Shown: piece after piece, positions 41,414 through 52,225 of the stretch
How positions within the stretch are numbered: position 1 is the first letter of the stretch
Layout: each line of letters opens with the position of its first letter
DNA from: Hemiscyllium ocellatum
Lineage: Eukaryota
Assembly (NCBI RefSeq): GCF_020745735.1
Contig: NC_083417.1
Location: 64,294,001 to 64,358,000 of the forward strand
Direction: 5' to 3'
Length of the DNA stretch: 64,000 nt
Translations under genes and position numbers: made by a program
The notes under the pieces: model-generated
What the model was told of the DNA's origin: nothing
What the model saw: only the letters and a program-made list of their open reading frames with translations
The model's database searches: none

Positions 41414-41917
41414 CTGCGAGGGACAGATGCAAAATAGTTCATTAAGTCCCTATTGCATGCCTTCAACAATTCGTTCGCCAAGCAGGGAACAAATGTATCC
41501 TTGGCCCGACATCACTTGCAGAATCCACGTTTCAGATATATTCACGTGATTACAAACATTACTGCATTGTGGGCAATTTTACAAGCTAAACTTTTCTTCA
41601 CGTGCATTTCGTAACACAATGTTTCAATGTCAAAAAGTGTCGGCATTGGAGAGGATTCATTTTCAATCGAAATAATGACTGAAAGTGTAAAGTGTTATGA
41701 GCTGGAAACATTCTCATAAATATGACCAGATTTTAAAAATCCAATTAACACTATTTATCAAAAAGAGCATTGCACCAACTGTATTTCAAAAGTCGTTGAG
41801 TGAGCATATACTTCAATAAGTAACCTTAAAGCGTTCAGAAGTGATTAGCATATTTCTGTCATTATTGTATGTTTCCCGGATTTGCAAATCCCGATGGTGA
41901 TGAAGGCATGAACTCAC

Positions 41918-41961
41918 CACCTTGTCAAGACGATCCGGTTGCCTTGTGCATTCTCCATCAT
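41918..41961 (-). CDS. IgSF receptor gene exon 5: short cytoplasmic exon (NDGECTRQPDRLDKV)
   Basis: Acceptor ggtattcAG, donor GGTG|GTGAGT, 44 nt, phase 1-0. The frame fits the flanking exons, and a homologous CTDQPQR exon is present in the pseudogene. Confidence 0.75.
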
Positions 41962-42193
41962 CTGAATACCAATGAAATATAATTACACTGTGAGATGGAA
42001 TTATTAACTCAGTTTCTGTATGGAAAATGAAGCGTCACATTTCTGAATCAAAGCGATAGAAAAAGACTGTCAATGTTCAGTTGATACACAACAATAATGA
42101 AGAAGGGAGAATATGACATGGTCAACATCAGTTTCTAATCTTCCCGTTCTTAAAGGAAGAATCATTACTCGGAAGAATAATCACATTGCCAGC

Positions 42194-42369
42194 TTCATTT
42201 CTGGCAGGGTACAATTCATGAGTTATGTTCAAAAGTGACGTTTTCTTTGGAAACTAATACTCCTGAGAAATATTAACATTCTAATGAATTGTACCCTGCC
42301 AGAAATGAATCTTGTAATGTTCAAAAGTGACGTTTTTCCTTGGAAATTAATACTCCTGAGAATTATTAA
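42194..42369. repeat. Interleaved 26-bp perfect inverted repeat and about 52-bp direct repeat
   Basis: Inverted repeat 42194-42219 / 42284-42309. Direct repeat 42225-42276 / 42317-42369. Confidence 0.85.
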
Positions 42370-42493
42370 TAGTCTAACAACAAAATTATTACTATTTCTG
42401 CGTTATGAAATTGGTCTGAAACAATTACGTTTCCACCGTTAAATCATTTGGCTTTCTCCGGAACATGCTAATTCTCCTTCAACCCCTTTTTTA

Positions 42494-42800
42494 GATTAGA
42501 TTAGATTAAAGTGTGGAAACAGGCCCTTCGGCCTAACAAGTCCACACTGACGTGCCGAAACGCAACACACCCATACCCCTATATTTACCCCTTACCTAAC
42601 ACTACGGGCAATTTATCATGGCCAATTCACCTGACCCGCACATCTTTGGACGGTGGGAGGAAACCGGAGCACCCAGAGGAAACCCACACAGATACGGGGA
42701 GAACGTGCAAACTCCACACAGTCAGTCGCCTGAGTCGGGAAATGAACCGGGTCTCAGGCGCTGTGAGGCAGCAGTGCTAACCACTGTGCCACCGTGCCGC
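42494..42800 (-). mobile_element. HE1-like V-SINE in intron 4 of the IgSF gene
   Basis: tRNA head near 42800, V-domain, and a (TCTAA)n tail at 42494-42509. Confidence 0.88.
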
Positions 42801-42859
42801 CCTTTATTATTCTCAGATGTCAACTGGATGGATAATTAAGAGTTGACAGTATTTCTTAC

Positions 42860-42973
42860 TTCTGTTAGATCGAAGTCCATGTCGCTTTACAATTATGGTC
42901 ACAAGCACGAGAAACGAAAATCCAAGTGCCGCACAAATTGGAGTCCAAAAGATGAGTGAACTGTTGATACTGT
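42860..42973 (-). CDS. IgSF receptor gene exon 4: transmembrane exon (SINSSLIFWTPICAALGFSFLVLVTIIVKRHGLRSNR)
   Basis: Acceptor aattttgcAG, donor AGAA|GTAAGA, 114 nt, phase 1-1. About 23 hydrophobic residues with no charged residue, followed by a KRH stop-transfer. Confidence 0.85.
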
Positions 42974-43933
42974 CTGCAAAATTAAGAGGACATTAATTGC
43001 TGGTGGTGCTTGGATAGGAACTACTAAGAACTGTAAGAGCCGCATTATTGAAGGGCAGTGAAAAAGCAGAAGTGCCAAGAATTCTTTCAGTTGAATGTCG
43101 AAGTCACTTCCATTTCCAATAGATGGCAAATTTGGAATTAGTTTCTGGAATGGATTGTTGGTTTGTACATCACAAAGGACTGTTTTGCAAAGGTAAGGAC
43201 ACAAAACTGGGCGATTACCCTTGGACTAAAATACTGTTCTTGACTTTATTACGGATTAACACACGTTTTCTTGAAATTAGAGTCATGACTTCACAAGCAT
43301 TTCCTTCGCTGGTCACATCAAATTCTAAAATGGGGCGATCGGATTATGAACCTTTTGCAAATAAGTGAACTGTCTTTTTGATATTCATTTTATAAAAAGA
43401 CATCTACTGCTTTGTAAAATGTCGTTTTAAGACAGGACAATATATTGTCAAAGTTAATGCATTAACTTTGCCGCACCATAGACAAGTCTCGTCTTCACAT
43501 AAGCTTTGTGTTAAGTGTGAGCGCGATCCCGATTAAACATGCCATGGATAGTTGAGAGATAATACAGTACTTGGTAAGGGATGACTTCAAAATTCTGCCC
43601 TGGACACAACCAATGGGGAATGCAGGTTGGGCGAAACCAAACAAAACAAAGACCACCCTGCAACAGTATAGGGAAAGTAGGCAGTCGACAGGAATGAAGG
43701 ATTTTTACACGTAAACAAAACTGATGAATGAGATGAAGGCAGAAACGGATAGAATAGCTCATGTCTCAACATTATTACTACGACAAAAATAAAGGAAATA
43801 GAATTCAAATAAGGTTTTGTTGCTTTCAACACAAATGCCAACTGAATGTAAGGAATTAAAATATGGCATTTACCACGAAAACACTGCAGATTAGCTCCAT
43901 AATATGCATACATTATGCGATGCATTTCGTTAC

Positions 43934-44278
43934 ATACTATAACAATCGTTAACCCGCTTTGTTGGTCTCCAGAAAGTGTGAAAATAGTGTGGACGACGAC
44001 AGCAGGAGTCTTTAGGGAGACGTGAGATACTGAACAGGTATAAATGGTATGACTCGAAGGAGGTTGAGACACAACCAAAGAACTGGATACTTCATACAGC
44101 CCCTCGCCGTTCTGCACCTTATTAGTATTTATTCCGACTGTAGTTTCGGAGCCGTTTATGTACCAGGCGAGAGTGAAATCGTCCGGATAAAATGGAACTG
44201 TTTCACACAGAAGGGTCAAAGAAACTGGTGAAGTTTCTTTATCTAACTTGGGCGTAATTTTCAGTGGTACTGGGGAAA
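43934..44278 (-). CDS. IgSF receptor gene exon 3: Ig C1-set domain (3' splice donor uncertain)
   Basis: Acceptor ttcatgcAG|TT at 44278, phase 1. Translation ..LTLLCETVPFYPDDFTLAWYING..GLYEVSSSLVV..YTCSVSHVSL shows C1-set hallmarks (CxxxxFYP, W, YxCxVxH). In-frame phase-1 GT donors exist at 43933 and 43873. Confidence 0.88.
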
Positions 44279-45277
44279 CTGCATGAAGAGAATTGAAAAA
44301 GCCATGTTATTGGACAAAACCGGAGAATGTTAAATTTGAGAATGTTTTTCAACCGCTCTGTTTTATCACAATCTCAGCATTCAAAGACGCAGCTTATTGT
44401 TTACGTAACTTTATATGCAAGCTTTCGAACTGTGGCATTTATTCACCTTTACTTGAAGTATCAGCTCCAATTCTTGCTTTTTTCTCAGCAGAAGATAGCT
44501 TCAAGTTGTTCAGAAATGTTTGTCTCTAGCATTTGAATAAATTAATTCAATTGAACCAGGGCAGTGGAAAGGACAAAGAAAGTAATGTTCATCGGCCCTT
44601 TTGCTTTGACTCTCACATGAAGAGTAACGATGAAATTGCTGCTTGTCGTTCAAATGACGATTATTACGTTAGCCAAATTTCAAAACCAAAGTTTTGAAAA
44701 TTCAAGAAATATATTAAATCTGTTGAATCCCAGGAGCTACAGATTATCTGTATTGTTTTAGATACTGATTGGGGGGCACTGATTCTACTGCGTTGTATGC
44801 TTCAAAATATGACTTCTTTTGAATTGCTCCCGTTCATCAGTAAGTAACTTCACTCTGATTTTCAAAACATGACGCGAAAATTATGTAAGAGCAAATTTCG
44901 GTATGCTTTAACTTCAGAAGGAGTAATTGGGGATAGTCAGGACATCAATGTCACACCACAGACTAGCTGGATTGTTGTGCTCGCATTGACATAATTTGCT
45001 TGTTGTCGAGTATATGCATCGGAAATTCTGCTGGTAAACACCTGGTATTTAAGGTGCCTTTGGAATGATGATGGTTAATAGTCATAAAAGTTTCGGTTTT
45101 CTGCCTGTGATATTGATTGTCCAATTACAATACTTTCAAGACAAACGAATTACTAAGTGGAGGCCGCTGCTCAAATGATCAGTCCCCATGATTAAACTGC
45201 ACACGTTCATGAAATAAGCGATCAGAAAATATCTTGTTACTTCGAAATATTTCACACAGTATCACGCTCTCAATTAC

Positions 45278-45592
45278 CGTGCACAAATAAATGAGAACCA
45301 GTTCCATTTATTTGACCTATTCCTTCATAAATCACACCGCAGTGGTAGACTCCAGAATATTGAATGGTAACGCTCAGCAAGTTACAGAAAGCTGATGTTC
45401 CATTGGCAGCACCAACTCGTTTTCTGAAACACTTCTGAAAATCATCATTTCCAACCTGCTTCCACCAAATAAGCTTTGGTTCTGAACCGGGCCAAGAGCT
45501 GGGGAATCTGCATTCGAATGGAACATCCTCCCCTTGGTTCACAGTTATTTCTTTGGGCGTTTGAGTAACACTGAGCGAAGTGTGATCCGCAG
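45278..45592 (-). CDS. IgSF receptor gene exon 2: VJ-type Ig V-set domain
   Basis: Acceptor tttctaacAG|CT, donor CACG|GTAATT, 315 nt, phase 1-1. Translation ADHTSLSVTQTPKEITVNQGEDVPFEC..LIWWKQ..SGVYHC..INGTGSHLFVH has the B-strand Cys, C-strand Trp, F-strand YxC and a J-like GxG(S/T)xLxV in the same exon. Confidence 0.92.
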
Positions 45593-45751
45593 CTGTTAGA
45601 AACAAAGTAAGATAAAGATAACTGTCGTATCAAGATAGAAGAATTCAATAGTTCAACAGAGAGATGCATTAATATTCTATAAAAGAACGAGGAGCTGCTT
45701 CAAAAGCATTTAATTAATTAAAGCAGATCTTTCAATTAAATAATCAAGTAC

Positions 45752-45806
45752 CGGTAAGAATAGATTCAAGTAGAATCAAACAGAGAAAATTCATCCTCAC
45801 GGTCAT
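45752..45806 (-). CDS. IgSF receptor gene exon 1: signal peptide MTVRMNFLCLILLESILT(A)
   Basis: ATG at 45806. 55-nt exon ending in phase 1 at ACCG|GTACTT. Hydrophobic leader that joins in frame to the V exon across a 159-nt intron. Confidence 0.8.
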
Positions 45807-45872
45807 TCTAAGAAATGGATTCAACTGACGACTCTATCCAGTTAGTGCGAGTTGGTAACTGCTGAGATCCGT

Positions 45873-45912
45873 TTCCGGTTTGTTTTCTGCGATGTATGTC
45901 GCAATGACGTTT
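45873..45912 (-). promoter_or_regulatory. Proximal promoter module: ETS-type site (ACCGGAAA) plus CRE-like TGACGT
   Basis: TTCCGGTT starts at 45873, 67 nt from the ATG, and ATGACGTTT is at 45904-45912. Both motifs recur at near-identical spacing upstream of the pseudogene. Confidence 0.5.
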
Positions 45913-46034
45913 AACATTCTGAGAGTGCAGTTGTTATTTTGAGCCTCATATGTTCAACGTTACTCTGTAGTTTCTGTGTTTATTTCACGTCTGAAATCAC
46001 ATGTACCACTGGAAGCAAAGTTTCGGAAAAGTCA

Positions 46035-46044
46035 TTTCATTTTC
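46035..46044 (-). promoter_or_regulatory. IRF-E/ISRE-like motif GAAAATGAAA
   Basis: Matches GAAANNGAAA about 230 nt upstream of the ATG. Motif match only. Confidence 0.25.
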
Positions 46045-49000
46045 AAATGCGAAGTTTACTCACACTGCTGATGTTCATACTATTTCTAACCACGAGCTGA
46101 TCTGACTCCATCGTTCTCCTGGTCAGTGTGTCCAGATCTTAACCACAATTTTGGGCACATGGCATTTGTTTTGACTTTTACCATAATGGAAGACTGTGGT
46201 TCTTCTCACTTCTTTAATGTTGTCAGTAGGCTCTAATCCATTCCCTTCGGAGTTCTTACAATATGAACAAGTGCATCAAATCTCCTCTCAACTTTCTCTT
46301 CATAAATGGAGATTGCCCAAGTTTCTGCACTAAACTCCGTCCTCCGTCCATGTAATCAGGCATGTTTTGTGTCAGTCATCTCTCAGTGAGTTGGGATGTC
46401 CTTCCTGTGCTAGAATATTCTGGGTGCAAATTACACTTCAAGAAGAGAACACAAAAACCAAGACAGTCAGTAATGGAACATAAAGCAATGGCAGGGGTGC
46501 CGCCTTTCAAATGGATGTTAAATAAACCTTGCAGATCTTTTTTACAAAGAAGTGCTCTGGAATTATTGGTGTTCTTGCCAATATTTGCGCTTCTTTCAGG
46601 ATAAAAACGTAGATTTTTTTTAAACGGATTGCCGTTTGCCGAGGTTGGCAGGGTATGATGTCTGCTACTTTTTTTTCATGACAATGAATGCACTTGTAAA
46701 ATAATTCATTGAGTGCAACGTGGTGTCAGATTTACAGCCGCCCTACAAAAAGTATGAAATGAACGCTTTGATTCTTTCTTACAACTTGTTTCAACTCAAT
46801 TTCAACATGTATTCATACCGTTCCGGACGGGCAAACCCCAGAAATCAATGCAATGCAACAGGTCAGTCCGAGCCGTGTTTCGCAAATCTGCACCAGAATT
46901 TCTTTGCCTTAGTAGAATATGATCATACTTATAATGGCAAGGACTGGGGAAGAATTATTCATTATTTGCTCTACTTCCTTTGTCACTTTCACCATTCTTG
47001 TGCACAAATATGCCTGGTCCCTCTACTCTGGAACTCAAAGTAAGACTGATCCTTTCATTTGATATTGTCTGCTCGTGTTTTTCGCTGGTTGCTATCTTTG
47101 CTACAAGTGCAGCAACTTCGATTTGACTCTGTGCGCATTAGGTTTGATATCTGCCTTGCTTCCTGAGACATGATGAAAATGTTTTCGAAGTACCATGTAT
47201 CAGAACATCCACATTCTCTATTATTTAGGAAAATCATAATCAAGTTAGTGAGACATGCTTTGCCTTTCGGAAATGCGGATTGATTCCAGACAGGGGCAGG
47301 AGTTGGCCATTTGGCCCCTCAAACCTGCTCCAATGTTTAATATGGTCATGGCTAATCATCCAACTCACACCCTGTTTTTGCTTTCTCCCCACACCCTTTG
47401 ATCTCTTTATCTCTCAGAACAGGATCAAACTCCTTCATGAAAACATTCAACCGCTTTCTGTGACAAAGAATTAATTTGTTTTTTTTATGACAGAGGACGG
47501 AAAGAGAGCAGTAAAGAGAAAACCAAGTGGTGACATGCGACAAAGGTTGTCGAGGTAATAGGGAAAAGGAAGACCAAGATGCAGCAGCACATTGCAAGTT
47601 GAGCGCACAAACAACTGTATCAACTTTGACAAGCTGTGTTGAGTCAAATACGGGTTGTTGTCAGTTTGGATGTTCACTTATTTGAAATAATCGCTAAATT
47701 ATGAACCCATGAAGGCAAGTGAATCCAATTTGAATACTGCCTGACTCTCACACACCCACCATAGTAAAACGCTTGCCAGTACTAAATTGGCTACTCATGT
47801 GTGAGTTTAAATTATATTGTGACTTCAAGTTGATGGTCCATTCACTCCTTTCATTCTTTTTGACTTGAGATAGGAACGCTGACTTTTTAGCTATATTGTA
47901 TCACTATTTTCTTGGACGTATTCTTGTTTTCCATTTTTTTCTTCAACGTATCTGCCAATTTTATTTTTCAAGGATTTCGTTCATTGGGGTTAGGAAGTTG
48001 CTGTTAGATCATATTATATCTTAAACTGTCTCAGTTGGCCAGATTTACTCCATTCAGCTCCAGCCCGTGGGCATGCTTTTCACTTGTGATTTTTGTTTGG
48101 AAGTTGGTAACACCATTTCGGTATTACACATGGGCCACATCCAGACATTTACAAACTTCTCTTTGGAATTTGAAACTTCATGCTCCATGAACCAAATGAC
48201 TTGCACCAGAATTAGTGTTTTTCATGGCATCAAAATTCATAGAAACGTTCAAAACTTTAATTGTTCTACCAGTGCCTGTGCAAAGCAGTTTGAATGTCCA
48301 GTTCACCTTATGCCACTTCATTTCTCTTGTTAACTTCTCAATTGATGTGTTAATACCTCCGCATTATTTTCCTCCTAATGGATAAGACGAGCCTTTCCAA
48401 AGTTAAACCTTTCCTTACTGGATTTCATGACCATGATTCCCCCATTTTCTGCAACTGCCATATATTCATGTTACGTCAGTATTTGATATCACTCTTATGA
48501 AATACTTTTTGCCACTTTTCTTCAAGCTCAAAACATTATGTTACAATTCCCTTTGCATCTTCTTTCCGGCTTCCACTCCATTCATCCCACACTCTATCAC
48601 AAGCTTATGTAAGAACATAAAACATGGGAGCAGAATTAAACCATTGAAAAGATAAACGTCAACTTCGTTGTTCTGCCTTTTTCCTACATGTGTTGATACA
48701 CTTACTGATTTTCAAACCTGCCCATATCAGTTTTGAATCTGCTTCAGCAATTGTCTGGCATACAAGTCCAAGGATTCATACCAACCAGGAGAAGAAATTC
48801 ACCCTAATCTCAGTCTTAAGTGAGCATCCCTTTACTCTGAGATTATGCCCACTGGCACCATATTCTCTCAAGATATGAAACAGCATCACAGGATGTACCC
48901 TGTAAAGTTCCTAAAGAATCATTCGTTATCATAAGGTGTTCTTCCAACTTCCAAAGAGTGAGTAGGGTCTGTACTCAATCCCCCCTCATAATATAGTCCC

Positions 49001-49544
49001 TCCAAACCTCGAATCATGATGGACAACCTTGACTGATTGCCTCAACGTGGCAAATCCTTCCCTAGATCAGGAGACCAAAACTGTTCACGGTCTTCCAGCT
49101 ATTGTTTAACTCTTGCTTTAATATTTTTAGCATGAACTCCTTCTTCTTCATATTTCATTCCCTAGAACGTTGCTGTGTATTCTCTCTTGTTCAAGCAGGT
49201 TTAACTGTCACTCAATCTTAACTGACTCCAATATCTCCACTGGAATAACAGTTCTTTCTTGTATTCTAGAAAGCCCAAATGCGGGCCGAGCAAATCAATT
49301 ATCTTTGTCTTCCTGGCGCTGGAGGGAAATACATTTGCTAATTCTATCAGGCTGTCTTTTGTTATCTCTAGAAAATTTGTCAAGGATTTCTCTGCTTACA
49401 AAGCCATCTTATTATCGAATGCTCAGGCTGGTATCTGCCCTTGATGACTTACCCTATCTCCACATGCAATGTTACATTATCATCATCCAAAGTATGCTAG
49501 TGGGAAGCCCCCAGACCTTTGTCACAGCTGAACAGGAAAAAGTG

Positions 49545-52225
49545 CCAATTTCGACAGCATTAGGCAAGAGCTTTCAAAAGCTGATCAGGGCAAAATTGTT
49601 GACAGGTAAAAGGATGGCTCGAAAATGAGAAGCCTTCAGACATGAGATAATGAGAGTCCAGAGAAAGTACATTTCTATTAGGATGAAAGGATAGAGTGGT
49701 AGGTACAGGGAATGCTGATGACTAAAGAAATTGAAGGTTTGGTGAAAAAAGAGAAGGAAACATATGTCAGGTATAGACAGGATCGATCGAGTGAACCCTT
49801 AGAAGACAGTAGGAGTATAGTTAAGAGGGTAACCAGGAGTGCAAAAAGGGGACATGAGATCGCTTTGGCAAATAAAGTTAAAGAGAATCCAAAGCGTTTT
49901 TACAAATACGTTAAGGACAAAGGGGTAACTCGGGAGAGAATAGGGCCCCTCAAAAATCAGCAAGGCAGCCTTTGTGTGGAGCTGCAGAAAATGGGGGACA
50001 TAGCAAACGAGTATTCTGCATCAGTATTTATTGTGGAAAATGTCATGGAAGGTGTAGAATGTAAGGGAATAGATAGTGACAGTTTGAAAAAATGTCCATA
50101 TAACAGAGAAGGAAGTGTTGAAATGCGCAGATCTAACGAAATAGAGGGAGAACTAGCCAATTGCATACAGAACTGTCTCAAAGGTGGAAGACAGAGGGTG
50201 GGCTGTAGGGTTGTTTTTCATACTGGAAGCCTGTGACCAGTGGAGTGCCACAAGGATCAGTGCTGGGTACACTACTTTTTGTGATTTGGATGTGAGTATA
50301 AGAGGTACAGTTCGTAAGTTTGCAGATCACACCAAAATTGGAGGTGTAATTGACAACGAAGAAGGTTACCTCACATTACAACGGGATCTTGATCAGATGG
50401 GCCAATGGGCTGAGAAGTGGCAGATGGAGTTTAATTTAGATAAATGTGAGATGCTGCATTTGAGAAAGCAACTCTTAGCAGGAATTATACACTTAATGTT
50501 AAGGTCCTAGGGAATGTTGCTGAAAAAAGAGACCTTGAAGTGCAGATTCATAGCTCCTTGAAAGTGGAGTCACAGGAAAATAAGACTGTGAAGAGGGCGT
50601 TTGTTATGCGTCCCTTTGCTGGTCAGAGTATTGAGTACAGGATGGGAATTTGTGTTGCAGACATTTCGTCCTCTGTCTAGGTGACATCCTCAGTGCTCGG
50701 GAGCCTCCTGTGAAGCGCTTCTGTGATCTTTCCTCCAGCATTTGTCGTGGTTTGAATCTGTCGCTTCCGGTTGTCAGTTCCAGCTGTCTTCCTGTTTGTC
50801 CTATGTAGTGTTTTGTGCAGTGCATGCATGGGATTTTGTACACTACGTTGGTTTTGCTCCTGCTGGGTGTCGGGTCCTTTGTCCTGGTGAGTTGTTGTCT
50901 GAGAGTGGCTGTTGGCTTGTGTGCTGTTATGAGTCCTAGTGGTCGCAGTGGTCCGACTGTCAGTTTGGAAATGCTCTTGATGTATGGCAGTGTGGCTAGT
51001 CCTTTGGGTTGCAGCATGTCCTCGTTCCGTTGTCTTTTCCTTAGGCATCTATTAATGAAATTGTAGGGGTATCCGTTTTTGGTGATTACATTGTAGAGGT
51101 GTTCTTCTTCCTCTTTTTGCACTTCTGGTGTGCCGCAATGTGTTGTGGTCCTTTTGAACAGTGTTGTTGCCCTTTTGAACAGGACAAACAGGAAGATAGC
51201 TAACGATCCACAACCATGAACACCAACTGGCCACGAAACGACACGACCAGCTATCCTTATTAGCCACACGCTCAGATATCAAGCAACATGAATTCGACGG
51301 GGACAACACTACTATTATAGGACAAGCCAAACAGAACAGCCAGGGAATTCCTGGAGGCATGGCACTCATCCACGGATACAATCAATGAGCACATCGATCT
51401 GGACCCAATATACCGGCTACTGCAATGGACAGCTGGAACTGACACCCAGAAGCGACAGATTCAAACCACTACAAATGCCGGAAGAAAGATCACAGAAGCG
51501 CTTCACAGCAGGATCCCAAGCACTGAGGATGCCACCTACACAGGGTACGTGACGTCTGCAACACAAATTCCCAGCTCGGCGAACAGAACCACAACAATGA
51601 GCACCCGAGCTACAAATCTTCTCACAAACATTGAGTGCAGGAGTTGAGAGGTCATGTTTCGGCTTTACAGGACATTGGTTATGTCACTGTTGGAATATTG
51701 CGTATAATTCTGCTCTCCTTCCTATTGGAAAGATGTTTAGGAACTTGAAAGGGTTCAGAAAAGATATCCAAGGATTTGAGCTTTAGGGAGAGGCTGAACA
51801 GGCTCGGGAAGCTTTCCAGGTGCATCAGAGGCTGGGGGGTTGGGGGGGTGACCTTATAGAGATTCACAAAATCATCAGAGGAAAGGACAGGATAAGTAGA
51901 CAAAGTCTTTTCCCAGAAGTGGGAGTGTCCCGAACTAGAAGATATAGGTTTAGGATGAGAGAGAAAAGACATAAAAGAGACCTAAGGGACACCTTTTCCA
52001 TGCGAAGGGTGGTATGTGTAAGGACTCAGCTCCCAGAGGATGTCGTGGAGTTTGGTACAATTGCAACATTTAAAAGGCATTTGGATGGGTATATGAATAG
52101 GAAGGGTTTGGAGGGATATGGGCCAGGCGCTGGCAAGTGAGATTAGATTGAGTTGGGATATCCGGTCAGCGTGGATGGGTTGGACCGAAGGTCTGTTTCC
52201 ATGCTGTACATCTCTGTGACTCTAT
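49545..52225 (+). mobile_element. Degenerate CR1 (duplicate of 1530-3226) interrupted by a Penelope-like insertion
   Basis: KENPKRFYKY and FADH remnants, and the same internal deletion as the first copy. Confidence 0.88.
50643..51629. mobile_element. Penelope-like element, inverted (two-orientation) structure, 13-bp TSD
   Basis: Minus arm NGYPYNFINRCL..TLPYI..VVYKIPC..YIGQTGRQL. The plus arm restarts at GQTG. TSD ATTGAGT(A/G)CAGGA at 50630-50642 and 51630-51642. Confidence 0.88.

Noticed and set aside
43449-43470. Perfect 22-bp palindrome CAAAGTTAATGCATTAACTTTG
   Set aside because: AT-rich, single, intronic and with no supporting context. It is plausibly chance.
43587-43933. C-terminal about 115 aa of the 210-aa ORF 43587-44219 as constitutive coding sequence
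   Set aside because: It extends past the C1 domain into AT-rich intron. A proper TM exon with splice sites exists at 42860-42973.
45240-45300. RSS near the V exon (CACAGTA at about 45255)
   Set aside because: Imperfect heptamer with no nonamer at 12/23 spacing, and V and J-like segments are already joined.
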